Part shown: piece by piece, positions 12,700 to 26,280 of the stretch | How the letters are laid out: each line of letters begins with the position of its first letter | Position numbering within the stretch: position 1 is the first letter of the stretch | Origin: Eledone cirrhosa | Lineage: Eukaryota | Length of the DNA: 64,000 bases | Assembly: GCA_964016885.1 (NCBI GenBank) | Contig: OZ024742.1 | Location: 76,694,001-76,758,000, forward strand | Direction of reading: 5' to 3' | Program-made: the position numbers and the translations under genes | Notes under the pieces: generated by a model | What the model was told of the DNA's origin: nothing | The model's input: only the letters and a program-made list of their open reading frames with translations | Database searches by the model: none

Positions 12700-15480
12700 G
12701 ACAACAACAAAACACATCAACAACAACACACATCAACAACAACAACACACACGCATTCAATGCCTCTCACCACCACCACAATCTTAACAAACACACAGAC
12801 ACAGAAAACAAGTAATGACAGTAGCACAGACATCAGAGAAATATGAGAAAGTAATAGGATTAAAAAGAAAAGGAGATGGGAGACTAAGGACAAAGAGAAT
12901 AACCAAGACGAACACACAGACACACAAAATAGGGTAGATAACAACATTGAGCCAGTGGAAAGAGACAGGAGTAATTATGAGAGACATAGAAACAACCATG
13001 AAGCTGAGGCTGCTGGTGGAAATAGAAATAGAAATAACACAACTAACAATAATAATAGCACTAGTACACATAAAGCAGCAGCCTGGAACTCTCCGTTTTA
13101 TAACCCCTCCGATAAATCATTCGACCTACGACGAGTCCACGCCACGACTTTGCCATTTAACAAACGCACGCAGTTGCCGTCGCAGGTCGATGAACAAACA
13201 GAAGCACAATTTAGTATAGCTAAATCCGAACTTAGAAATATTATAGAACAGTATAGCAAGAAGCATAATAGAATAGAGGCCCAGCAACTGGGAGAAGAAT
13301 CTGCAAATGGCTTGCGTAAGCTCATGCAGCGCTCGCGTAATGGAGAGATAGCATGTTTTCCAACAGACAAGTCTGGCAGAATGTCGGTTGACAGCCTGCC
13401 AAACTACATCCAGGCAATGCAACCCCACATCACTAACACAAGAGAGGTAACACCACAGGAGCATGAGGATAGAGAAAAAAGCCCTCAATACCCATATGGT
13501 GATGTGGACAAATATAATGCAGCCCAACAAAAGGACTGCCAACAACTTCCAGGCCTGGAACAATGACGTGCCGGCGTTGTATGGATTTCGAAAAGACCAT
13601 AAAACGGGCTGGGACCCTGTCACGGGACCACCAACACGACCAGTCTGTGGGGCTAACATTGCTAGTAACTACAGACTGTCCTACTTCCTCTCCCTGATCA
13701 TACGCCCCATCATTGAGATGTCCCCAGATGTGTGTGACAGCACGGAGGACCTCCTCAGCAGAATCGGCGCGGGTAACCGATCTGGGACCTAACAAACTGC
13801 ATAATAGGCAGTATGGATGTTGTGTCCCTGTATCCATCTATTAACGTGGATTTTGCTGTGGAGAAATGGAGAAATGCGTAGAAATGATCAGCGAGAGCAA
13901 GGTTGAGTTCCGTGGGATTGATACCAGTGAGCTGGGACTTCTACTTAAGCTTACGCATAGTAATAGTTACCTAGACACTTATGACCTTAGCAACCTGTCT
14001 GTGCCCTACAAGACCAGCAAGAGGCAGACCACCTACCATTACCTCAATGGCCAAGAAAACCCACACAGATAGATGGAACGGGTGGACCAGAGCCATACGG
14101 ACACCCGAAAACCACGATGAACTGAAGAAAATGATTGCACATGCGGTAGGGGCCAGCATAAAATTAACCCTTAAGGAACATATGTTCAAATTTAATGGTA
14201 AAACATATGCCCAAGAGGAAGGAGCAGCCATTGGTGTTAGCATTGCAGGCGACATAGCTAACTTATTCATGGTATGGTGGGACAGTAGACTTAAACAAAA
14301 ACTTAATGAACAATTAGAAGACAGCTTAACCCTGATAATGTACTCCCGCTACGTAGATGATATAAACATCGTAGTTAAGTCACCCCCACTAAAGAACAGT
14401 CAGGAACTAGAGAAAAACACAATGGAAAGCATCCAGCAAATAGCAAACTCCATCCACCAGAGCATTAGAGTTACTATAGACTACCCAAGTAGACATCCCA
14501 ACCATCGATTACCTGTACTAGACACAGAGCTCTGGTTAGATACCATTAACAACCAAAAACAAATCCTCCATTCCCATTATGCCAAACCCATGACTTCCAA
14601 ACATCTGATCCACCGAAACTCGGCCATTTCGGACCATACCAAAATCAACATACTGATTGCGGATTTGGTACGGGTGATGAGAAATGTGTCCCGCATGTGC
14701 AACCCCGAAGAACTAGAGAGACACATACAACACTTCATCCACCGTATGCAGTTCTCTGGCTACAATCAGAGAGATAGAATCAGAGTGTATAAAGGAGCCA
14801 GAACCAAATGGGAAAAAATGGTAAATAATGACATAAATGGGACCTGCCCTTTGTATAGGAGCAAATTTTGGAATAGAATAGAAAGAACTAGGAACAAGGC
14901 CAATAGAATAAACTCATGGTATGATAGCAATAAATACCAGAGTGAAATGTTCATCAATACAACCCCTAGAGGCGAACTAGCCTACAAATTTAGAAGGGCC
15001 CTAAATAAACATAATCTCAATATTAAGATACTAGAAAGACCTTGTACCTCCGTAAAAACACTTATTAGCAAGACATACCCGTTCCAAAGACCCTCATGTA
15101 TAGATAAGAAATGTATAACCTGTAAAATAAGCCCCCATATTAACTGTAAAACTAGAAATGTAGTGTATAGCATAAGATGTACTGAAGGACAATGTAGAAA
15201 CAAAAATATAGTGTACATAGGTGAGACAGCTCGTAGTATAGGGGAACGAATAAATGAACACTGGCGAGACCTCCAAGATAATAAAGAATCATCTGTGCTC
15301 TACCAACATGCTAAGATAGAACACAGGGGTAGATTAGAGAGCATAGAAATAAAAATAGAATCCACGCACAGAAAAGACGCAATGTTTAGACAAATTACAG
15401 AGGCAGTAAGCATAACAGAATTAAAACCAAAATTAAATAGAAAATATGAGTGGAACAGCAACATCACAACTTACAATTAA
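11624..15480 (+). pseudogene. PLE polyprotein (N-terminal domain, Asn-rich repeat, RT, Cys linker, GIY-YIG), several frameshifts and stops
   Basis: VLRLPPKF, PTDKSGR, PPTRPVCG, GSMDVVSLYPSI, QEEGAAIG, YSRYVDD, LPVLDTELW, CIDKKCITC, VVYSIRC..VYIGETARS..RINEH, RQITEAV. Confidence 0.92.
12360..12760 (+). repeat. (CAA)/(ACA)-rich minisatellite with about 120-bp higher-order duplication inside the PLE ORF
   Basis: Repeated aacaacaatagcaacatacccagata and aacaacagacacgcagacacaaacaacaataac. Confidence 0.85.
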
Positions 15481-15576
15481 GGACAAAATGAAAACACACA
15501 CACACATAGAACAAACAACCAACCAACAATAAATAAATAAACAAATAGAAAAATGAACACAAACACACACAGACAC

Positions 15577-15634
15577 CCGGATGTGGCACATGCGCAAACT
15601 GAGCACACAATACACACACAGAAACAAAATGGCG
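15577..15634 (+). promoter_or_regulatory. Candidate pLTR promoter: ETS (CCGGATGT), NRF1-like (GCACATGCGCA), YY1 (AAAATGGCG)
   Basis: Same order at 22171-22228 (perfect GCGCATGCGCA) and at 18662-18717 on the minus strand, just upstream of the HHR. Confidence 0.5.
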
Positions 15635-15680
15635 TAGGATAGAAGAAAGAAAAGGCACAGAAACGAAGAAAGGAATCCCC

Positions 15681-15725
15681 AGTCACTGAAGAGGTCACAG
15701 AGTGTGTGACGAAAGGACTATGACT
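15681..15725 (+). ncRNA. Minimal type I hammerhead
   Basis: AGTCA-CTGAAGA-G-GTCACA gagtg TGTGAC-GAAA-GGAC-TA-TGACT. Confidence 0.85.
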
Positions 15726-16104
15726 ATATATATAAACAACTATCTGGTTGTGGAACCAACCAACCAACCAGAAATTTATAATTTATAAGTTTGTAGATTT
15801 GTAAATTTATAAATTTATATATATATAATAAATTGAAGTGAAAGCATCTGGTACGTGTGTTTCTTATTGGCAACATGACCCTCCCAAAGTATAACAATAT
15901 ATATTTATATTTATATTTATACGCCAATAATCTTCTTTTTCAAATAGTTAGCGGTTTCTAAACCTCACTATCAGGCTAAAATGTATTTAGTAACACACAC
16001 ACACACTAACACACACACACATACATTAACACACAAACACACACACACGCGCACACACACACACACACATATATATACATACATACATACAAAGTGTGGT
16101 AAAA

Positions 16105-17000
<896 letters not shown>

Positions 17001-17059
17001 TATATATAACTATAAAAAGTTTTAGTATATACATAACCATAAATAGTATCCTTAATATT

Positions 17060-17090
<31 letters not shown>

Positions 17091-17135
17091 GATAATAAAA
17101 ATAAATATATATATATATATATTTATTTTTATTAT

Positions 17136-17166
<31 letters not shown>

Positions 17167-17186
17167 ATATCTATATAAATATCTAT

Positions 17187-17405
17187 ATATCTAAAAACAT
17201 TGTTTACCGGTGTGATGTCACAGCTGTCAATAAGGAGTACTCATACATAGGTGCGACCTCCACTACGTTTAAGGGGCGCTGGAATAACCATAGAAGCTCC
17301 TTTAAACATGGGCTGAAACGATCCCAAACTAGACTGGCTGATTTGATCTGGGACCTCAAGGACAGGAACATCGAATTCCAGATCATATGGTCAGTCAAAA
17401 CATAG
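17187..17405 (+). pseudogene. Naiad-type GIY-YIG endonuclease fragment
   Basis: KNIVYRCDV..YSYIGATSTTFKGRWNNHRSSF..TRLADLIWDLKD. Confidence 0.85.
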
Positions 17406-17956
17406 CTATATGTCTACCATCCCACGCCCACCACCTTGTTCCCCCGTGTTCCCTCCGTCTGTTTTAACCTACAATCATTCGTTAAATTCGATCCTGTAAA
17501 TATACTGTCGCGCACACCACCACCGCCACCACTAGATAAATCTCCTTACTTCAACAATCATTAACATCATTAACATCACCAACACATATCACCTCTCCCT
17601 CGCGGAACCACTGTGTTATATCTGCCCTCTTTGTCAGCTTTACCGTGTAAACCACCGTAACATCTGATCATGTAAATATATTGTTGAACATATCACCTCA
17701 TCGCCACCACCACCACAATGATCACACACATCGCTATATGTTCACAACCTTGTTTTCCCCATGTTCCCTATCTCCCTGTTTAACCTGTGTTCCATTGTAT
17801 AATTCGATCCTGTATATTTGTTGTCGCTCACAACACCACCACCACCACCACAACGCACATCTCCATATTCCAATCATAAACATCATTAACATCGCCAACA
17901 CATATTTTCCCTCCCTAAACAACGCAAGTGTGTGTGTCTGTGTGTAGGTATGTTTA

Positions 17957-17997
<41 letters not shown>

Positions 17998-18420
17998 GTG
18001 TGTATATATATATACATATTTATATGTACAACGCCATCTCCATTGGCTCTCCTCTTCCCTCTATATATGTCCTACGCCATCCCCACTGACACTCCCCCCA
18101 TCTCTATACACACACACACACATGTGTAGTATATATATTTTTGTGTATAAATATATATGTGTGTATGTGTATGTATGTGTGTGTGTGTATGTGTGTGTAT
18201 GTGTATATATGTCAGTGTGTATATACGCATGTTTATGTATACAAAGTCACTGCTGTTGTCCTCAGTTAGGGTCATAAAACTATCAAGTCTCTATCTTCCA
18301 ATAACTGTAAAAGACGCTGGACATCAATCAAATCTGTAGAATAACAGTCAGTCACAATTAATGTGAGTGGGTACACACACACACACGATGCGAGGTCAAA
18401 GAAGATATATATATATATAT

Positions 18421-21075
18421 ATATTGTTATACTTTGGGAGGGTCATGTTGCCAATAAGAAACACACGCACCAGACGCTTTCACTTCAATTTATTATATAT
18501 TTATAAATTTACAAATTTATAAATTTCTGGTTGGTTGGTTGGTTCCAGAACCAGATAGTTGTTTATATATAGTCATAGTTCTTTCGTCACACACTCTGTG
18601 ACCTCTTCAGTGACTGGGGATTCTTTTCTTTGTTTCTGTGCCTCTCCTTTGTTTTGTCCTACGCCATTTTGTTTCTGTGTGTGTTGTGTGCTCAGTCTGC
18701 GCATGCGCCACATCCGGGTGTCTGTGTGTGTTTATGTTCATTTATTTATTTGTTTATTTACATGTTACTGGTTGGTTGTTTGTTCTATGTGTGTATGTGT
18801 TTTCATTTTGTCCTTAATTGTAAGTTGCTGTTCCACTCATATTTTCTATTTAATTTTGGTTGTAATTCTTTTATGTTTATTGCCTCTGTAATTTGTCTAA
18901 ACATTGCGTCTTTTCTGTGTGTAGATTCTATTTTTATTTCTATGTTCTCTAATTTACTCTTTTGTTCTATTTTAGCATGTTGGTAGAGTACAGATGATTC
19001 TTTATTTTCTTGAAGGTCTCGCCAGTGTTCATTTATCCGTTCCCCTACACTACGTGCTGTCTCACCTATGTACACTATATTTTTGTCTCTACATTGTCCT
19101 TCAGTACATCTTATGCTATACACTACATTTCTAGTTTTACAGTTAATATGGGGGCTTATTTTACAGGTTATACATTTCTTATCTATACATGAGGGTCTTT
19201 GAAAAGGGTATGTCTTGCTAATAAGTGTTTTTACGGAGGTACCTGGTCTTTCTACTATCTTAATATTGAGTTTATGTTTATTTAGGGCCCTTCTAAATTT
19301 ATGAGCTAATTCACCTCTAGGGGTTGTATCGATGAACATTACACTCTGGTATTTATTGCTATCATACCATGAGTTTATTCTATTAGCCTTGTTCCTAGTT
19401 CTTTCTATTCTATTCCAGAATTTGCTCCGATACAAGGGGCAGGTCCCATTTATGTCATTATTTACCATTTTTTTCCATTTGGTTCTGGCTCCTCTATACA
19501 CTCTGATTTTATCTCTCTGATTGTAGCCAGAGAACTGCATACGGTGGATGAAGTGTTGTATGTGTCTCTCTAGTTATTCGGGGGTGCACATGCGGGACAC
19601 ATTTCTCATCACCCGTACCAAATCCGCAATCAGTATGTTGATTTTGGTATGGTCCAAAATGGCCGAATTCGGTGGATCAGATGTTTGGAAGTCATGGGTT
19701 TGGCATAATGGGAATGGAGGATTTGTTTTTGGTTGTTAATGGTATCTAACCAGAGCTCTGTGTCTAGTACAGGTAATCGATGGTTGGGGTGTTTACTTGG
19801 GTAGTCTATAGTAACTCTAATGCTCTGGTGGATGGAGTTTGCTATTTGCTGGATGCTTTCCATTGTGTTTTTCTCTAGTTCCTGACTGTTCTCTAGTGGG
19901 GGTGTCTTAACTACGATGTTTATATCATCTACGTAGCGGGAGTACATTATCAGGGTTAAGGGGTCTTCTAATTGTTCTTTAAGTTTAAGTTTAAGTCTAC
20001 TGTCTCACCATACCATGAATAAGTTAGCTATGTCGCCTGCAATGCTAACACCAATGGCTGCTCCTTCCTCTTGGGCATATGTTTTTCCATTAAATTTGAA
20101 CATATGTTCCTTAAGGGTTAGTTTTATGCTGGCCCCTACCGCATGTGCAATCATTTTCTTCAGTTCATCGTGGTTTTCGGGTGTCCGTATGGCTCTGGTC
20201 CACCCGTTCCATCTATCTGTGTGGGTGTTCTTGGCCACTGAGGTAATGGTAGGTGGCCTGCCTCTTGCTGGTCTTGTAGGGCACAGGTTGCTAAGGTATT
20301 ATGTGTCTAGGTAATTATTACTATAGCTAAGCTTAAGTAGAAGTCCCAGCTCACTGGTATCAATCCCACGGAACTCAACCTTGCACTCACTGATCATTTC
20401 TACGCACTTCTCCACAGCAAAATCCACGTCAATAGATGGATACAGGGACACAACATCCATACTGCCTATTATGCAATTTGTTAGCTCCCCAGATCGGTTA
20501 CCCACGCCGATTCTGCTGAGGAGGTTCTCCGTGCTGTCACATACATCTGGGGACATGTCAATGATGGGGCGGATGATCAGGGAGAGGAAGTAGGACAGTC
20601 TGTAGTTACTAGCAATGTTAGCTCCACATACTGGCCGTGTTGGTGGTCCCGCGACTGTGTCCCAGCCCGTTTTATGGTCTTTTCGAGCGCATACAACGCC
20701 GGCACGTCATTGTTCCCGGCCTGGAATTTGTTGGCAGTACTTTTGTTGGGCTGCATTATATTCGTCCACATCACCATATGGGCATTGAGGGCTTTTTCTC
20801 AATCCTCATGCTCCTGTGGTGTTACCTCTCTTGTGTTAGTGATGTGGGGTTGCATTGCCTGGATGTAGTTTGGCAGTCTGTCAACCGACATTCTGCCAGA
20901 CTTGTCTGTTGGTGAAGCATGCTATCTCTCCATTACGTGAGCGCTGCATGAGCTTACGCAAGCCATTTGCAGATTTTTCTCCCAGTTGCTGGGCCTCCAT
21001 TCTATTATGCTTCTTGCTATACTGTTCTATAATATTTCTAAGTTCGGATCTAGCTATACTAAATTGTGCTTCTGT
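18421..21075 (-). mobile_element. PLE family B copy 2, 5'-truncated, frameshifted RT + GIY-YIG
   Basis: ORFs 18803..19540, 19630..19947, 20005..20238, 20299..20556 nearly identical to copy 1. Confidence 0.93.
18571..18615 (-). ncRNA. Minimal type I hammerhead (family B)
   Basis: Reverse complement of the 15681-15725 motif with GAAAGAACTA. Confidence 0.85.
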
Positions 21076-22516
21076 TACCCAAGTAAACACCCCAATCATC
21101 GATTACCTGTACTAGACACAGAGCTCTGGTTAGATACCATTAACAACAAAAAACAAATCCTCCATTCCCATTATGCTAATCCCATGACTTCCAAACATCT
21201 GATCCACCGAAACTCGGCCATTTCGAACCATACCAAAATCAACATACTTATTGCGGATTTGGTACGGGTGATGAGAATTGTGTCCCGCATGTGCACCCCC
21301 GAAGAACTAGAGAGACACAAACAACACTTCATCCACCGTATGCAGTTCTCTGGCTACAATCAGAGAGATAAAATCAGAGTGTATAGAGGAGCCAGAACCA
21401 AATGGGAAAAAATGGTAAATAATGACATAAATGGGACCTGCCCCTTGTATAGGAGCAAATTCTGGAATAGAATAGAAAGAACTAGGAACAAGGCTAATAG
21501 AATAAACTCATGGTATGATAGCAATAAATACCAGAGTGTAATGTTCATCGATACAACCCCTAGAGGTGAATTAGCTTATAAATTTAGAAGGGCCCTAAAT
21601 AAACATAAACTCAATATTAAGATAGTAGAAAGACCAGGTACCTCCGTAAAAACACTTATTAGCAAGACATACCCTTTTCAAAGACCCTCATGTATAGATA
21701 AGAAATGTATAACCTGTAAAATAAGCCCCCATATTAACTGTAAAACTAGAAATGTAGTGTATAGCATAAGATGTACTGAAGGACAATGTAGAAACAAAAA
21801 TATAGTGTACATAGGTGAGACAGCTCGTAGTGTAGGGGAACGGATAAATGAACACTGGCGAGACCTTCACGATAATAAAGAATCATCTGTACTCTACCAA
21901 CATGCTAAAATAGAAGAAAAGAGTAAATTAGAGAACATAGAAATAAAAATAGAATCTACACACAGAAAAGACGCAATGTTTAGACAAATTACAGAGGCAG
22001 TAAACATAAAAGAATTACAACCAAAATTAAATTGAAAATATGAGTGGAACAGCAACATCACAACTTACAATTAAGGACAATATGAAAACACACACACACA
22101 TAGAACAAACAACCAACCAGTAACATGTAAATAAACAAATAAATAAATGAACATAAACACACACAGACACCCGGATGTGGCGCATGCGCAGACTGAGCAC
22201 ACAACACACACACAGAAACAAAATGGCGTAGGACAGAACAAAGGAGAGGCACAGAAACAAAGAAAGGAATCCCCAGTCACTGAAGAGTATGTGACGAAAG
22301 AACTATGACTATATATAAACAACTATCTGGTTGTGGAACCAACCAACCAACCAGAAATTTATAAATTTGTAAATTTATAAATATATAATAAATTGAAGTG
22401 AAAGTAACTGGTGCGTGTGTTTCTTATTGGCAACATGACCCTCCCAAAGTATAACAATATCGGTTTCACACAAGATTTCAGATAAAGAATCTTGCTAAAC
22501 AAATTCAGAAACGAAA
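21076..22516 (+). mobile_element. PLE family B copy 3, 5'-truncated, head-to-head with copy 2; HHR 22275-22310 has a stem II deletion
   Basis: ORF 20986..22035 from YPSKHPNHRLPVLD to GIY-YIG; 3' end carries ATGACCCTCCCAAAG..CAGAAACGAAAT. Confidence 0.93.
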
Positions 22517-23289
22517 TATATATATATACATATACCAACATCGTATCAAATCTGTAGAACTATAGACGGTCACAATTAGTGTGAGCGAGTACAGAGTACA
22601 CACACCCTTACACATACAGACACGAGATCAAACAAAAAATATAAATATACCAGCATAGTATTCACCGAAAGTTAAGTAAACAAAACGGATACGGATGTGT
22701 ATATACCATAACATACACTATTTTGAGATACGGATGTTACAATTCATTCTAAACACGTATAACAGAACATTGAACTGAACTTACTTGCGTGTGTATAGGG
22801 TTGCGGTTGACCCAATTTTTCCAATTTACGTTGTCAAATTGAAATTTGACCAATATAACATTTGTTGTTTTGTAAACTAACTTTCAGTGAATACTATGTT
22901 GATATATTTATATTTTTTTCTTTGACCTCGTGTCGGTGTTGTGAGGGTGTGTGTACTCGCTCACACTAATTGTGACCGTCTATAGTTCTACAGATTTGAT
23001 ACTATGTTAGTATATGTATATATATATATATTTCTTCTTTGACCTCGCATCGTGTGTGTGTGTGTACCCACTGACATTAATTGTGACCGACTGTTATTCT
23101 ACAGATTTGATTGATGTCCAGCGTCTTTTACAGCTATTGGAAGATAGAGACTTGATAGTTTTATGTCCCTAACTGAGGACGATACCAGTCGCCGTGTTTT
23201 GACTGCTTGATCTTCATATGAGGGACTAAACTGTGTGTGAACACCGTTAATTTTCTCCCTCATATCAAAGATTTGAAGACAGTTCATTT

Positions 23290-23361
23290 TCACCTGATGA
23301 GATCAGTGATAATCGATCATGGCTACACGATCGAACTATCTCTTATTGAAACATGTCGTGA
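23290..23361 (+). ncRNA. Type I hammerhead (family C); copies at 50186-50259(+) and degenerate 46192-46265(-)
   Basis: TCAC-CTGATGA-G...ATAATCGATC..GATCGAACTAT...GAAAC-AT-GTC-GTGA. Confidence 0.75.
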
Positions 23362-24528
23362 TTAAAATGATTGGAAATTTATATCATGCATTCGGATCTT
23401 AATTTTGTTACAAATACTCAGTTTACATCATCTAGCTGTTCCCATAAATGGAATTGGAGATATACAAATGCGTGGAGAACTTAATATTGCTAACAAAAAT
23501 GTATTGGAACGTTTGACACAACCAATAATACACTTTACTATATAACAACTATATATTTATATATATATATATTAAAATAACAGATTAAAGTTTAAGCAAA
23601 TAATCGCTGCTTTCACACTTAACGGGATCTTCTGAAACTAAAAAAATCAATCTGTGAACGCAGAAGTAAATATTTCAAAATGGTTACAACCGAAGAAAAC
23701 AGGAAGACGATACTTTTCTTCTTGAAGATAGACAGATATTATAAGCGAGCCACGTTGTAGCTATGTATCTAATGCAAACGTCCAGACATACAGAGATATA
23801 TTATATGTGCGTGAGGTTATAGCTATGTATCCATCTACAAAGACAGACTAAGAAAGAGAGGGGAATGTCGTATAACCGGAAGTGTTGACATTTAAAAACT
23901 TTAAAGAAGTGAATATTTAAATAAACGATAAAATATCTTTAATCATTTAATGAAATTTAGAAGACAAAAGTTACATCTATGGTGGAAATTGGGTGGTGTT
24001 TGGTCCAGCCGTTTGGCGAAAAGTTTGTACATACATACGGCCGTCAGCTTTATTATATATATATATATATGTATGTATGTGTATATATGATGATTAATAT
24101 AGAAAGGGGGGGGGGTCTACATGACTAGAACTGATTCATTCAAAAGACATATCCAGGAAAGCCAACTGTCCTTGGAAAGCGGTTGTATTTATGTTTTCTA
24201 ATGTTTGGGAGATATGATTTTGGGGAATGGACAAGTGATTTAAAGAACCGGGATTCTTTCAAAATGATATTTTTAGATATATACAGAATAATAAAATGAC
24301 AAATAAAAGACAAATTTCATATTCACACTCATGTATCCATAGAGACACGCATACACACGAAAGCCCACATATTTCAGGATTCGTTCATTCTAAATATACA
24401 AATTGGTTTTATGAGTGACTGATAATTGTCAGGTTCTAGACAAATCATTTTAGATATCAATAGATTTTTGACAGATGTCGCGTTACGTATTTGTGATACT
24501 GGTGGAATTTGTAACGATAGCCACAAAT

Positions 24529-24594
<66 letters not shown>

Positions 24595-24820
24595 GAAAAA
24601 TTGAACGGGAACAAAACAGAGAGGCAGTACAAACAAATATTTATTAATTTCACGCTCTTGAGAGTGTGGTGGTGGTGGATATATATATATATATATATAT
24701 ATATTAGTAAAAGAAATTCCAACTTTGTCTGATTTACTCGTTTTATTTACAATCCTTTAAAAAATATAATGGTATTATAATGAAATAGTATGATAGAATA
24801 TTAAATGTTAAGTGTTAATT

Positions 24821-24857
24821 GAACAAGTACTTTCATGCTTTCGCAATCTTCAGGTTC
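24821..24857 (-). ncRNA. Minimal type I hammerhead
   Basis: Minus strand GAAC-CTGAAGA-T-TGC GAAA GCA-T-GAAA-GTAC-TT-GTTC. Confidence 0.8.
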
Positions 24858-26090
24858 ATAATGTGTGGTGACAGTCAAGTTTGCAATGTTCAACTAATGA
24901 GATGGGTAAATTTTGTACCTTATATACAGTGAAAAGTGGCTCCAGAATGCTAAATCTTGCAAACTCTATCTCGACCAATCGGTGTGTAGTTCCACTGAAT
25001 TACTAAAGCTGATTGATTTAGGCGTTACGGTTGGTTGAGCATGTCTAACGATCACTAATTGATCCTATCCAAAGCATCAATTGTTTTGCTATTTTTAGAA
25101 GTTATTATTATTGTTTTTAGAAATTATTATTATTGTTGTTGTTGTTGTTAGCGGTCGTAGTCATAATCATAGTAGGAGTAATCACCCAGTATTATTGTTC
25201 ATTTAGCTTGGGTTTGAATTTATCAATAACATTTTTTTTTTTTTTTCTCTTGATTTCACTTGGGCTCTGTAATTAGTAGAATGGGAATATTATAAATATT
25301 CCCTGACCACATGTTGCTAGAGGGTTACTTAGGGGTATCTGACGGACATTTGGGTCTCTGATTTGCTGTCGGTGTACCCGTGCACGTTCCGATAGTGCAT
25401 TTCCAGTTTGACCGACATATAGTTCTTCACAATTCGGGCATTTAATGCAGTAAATTAGATTCCTCCTTTTGCAGTTCATATTTGCATTTGGGAATATTTT
25501 TCCAGTTTTTGTTTTCATATATTGACCGGCGTGTATGGATTGACATGTGCCGCATCTACTAGCATTGCATTTAGATACAGTGAATGATTGGTCTTTGTTG
25601 TTAAGGTCAAACTTTGCTTTCGTTAGTAATTGCTTCAAATTTTTCGGCTGACTTTTACTGAGAGTCAAAGATCGATCTTTGATTAAGCCTTTTAATTCAT
25701 TACTTTGAGCAATGATCGGTAGGTTTGTTTTGGCAGTGTTGAAGATATTCTGGTGACATGGGTTGTGTGTCATTATAAATGGTATGACCAGTTCTTGGTT
25801 TCTTCTTCCTTGGGTTGTCCTAAGTTGTTGTATAGGTATTTTTATAGCCCGCTGTATGCCATTTTCTATAAGTAGAGATGGGTATTTTTGTTTGAGCAAA
25901 AATTCTCTTAATTCTGTTAGGCGTTTGTACCTGGTATTCGTGTCTTCTACAATGGTACAAATTCTTCTGGCTAGGCAGTATGGGATGTTGCGTTTTTATG
26001 AGGTGGATGGCACGATTAAAATTCAGATATTGATGGATGTCTGTGTGTTTATAATATATATCCGTGGTAATGGTGGTGTCGTTTTTGATA

Positions 26091-26280
26091 GGGCGGTGGA
26101 TTGGCAGTATCGGTAGAGAGTCGGACACCATGCTTTCCAGCATAGTTACGTCCCTTTACGATCTGAGTTCAAAATCCCGCCGAGGTTGACTTTGCCTTTC
26201 ATCCTTACGGGGTCGATAAAATAAAGTACCAGTAATGCACTGGGTAATTGCTGGCCTTGTGCCTAAAGTAGAAACAATTA
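26091..26280 (+). mobile_element. SINE family 1, full length, inside PLE RT
   Basis: gggcggtggattggcagtatcgg...gagttcaaaatcccgcc...gtagaaacaatta; splits LPFLDI from IKNDTTITTDIYYK. Confidence 0.92.

Larger units (their letters stand above)
11531..15900 (+). mobile_element. Near full-length PLE (family B copy 1) with 5' fold-back and 3' pseudo-LTR, flanked by TA repeats
   Basis: Inverted repeat 11531-11694, long frameshifted ORF, HHR 15681-15725, ORF start at 15875. Confidence 0.92.
18245..23550. mobile_element. Inverted pair of family C 3' ends (minus arm 18245-18420 plus 22517-22680; plus arm 22688-23550) with family B pair nested inside
   Basis: Arms match 46361-46690 and 49575-50450; the B pair interrupts a short TA tract that is intact at 46534-46546. 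Confidence 0.8.

Noticed and set aside
12202-12760. Cys/Val/Leu-rich minus-strand ORFs resembling metallothionein or membrane proteins
   Set aside because: They are antisense translations of the CAA-rich repeat inside the PLE.
23860-24060. Helitron-like non-autonomous terminus
   Set aside because: Only a vague resemblance; no diagnostic hairpin plus CTAG end identified.
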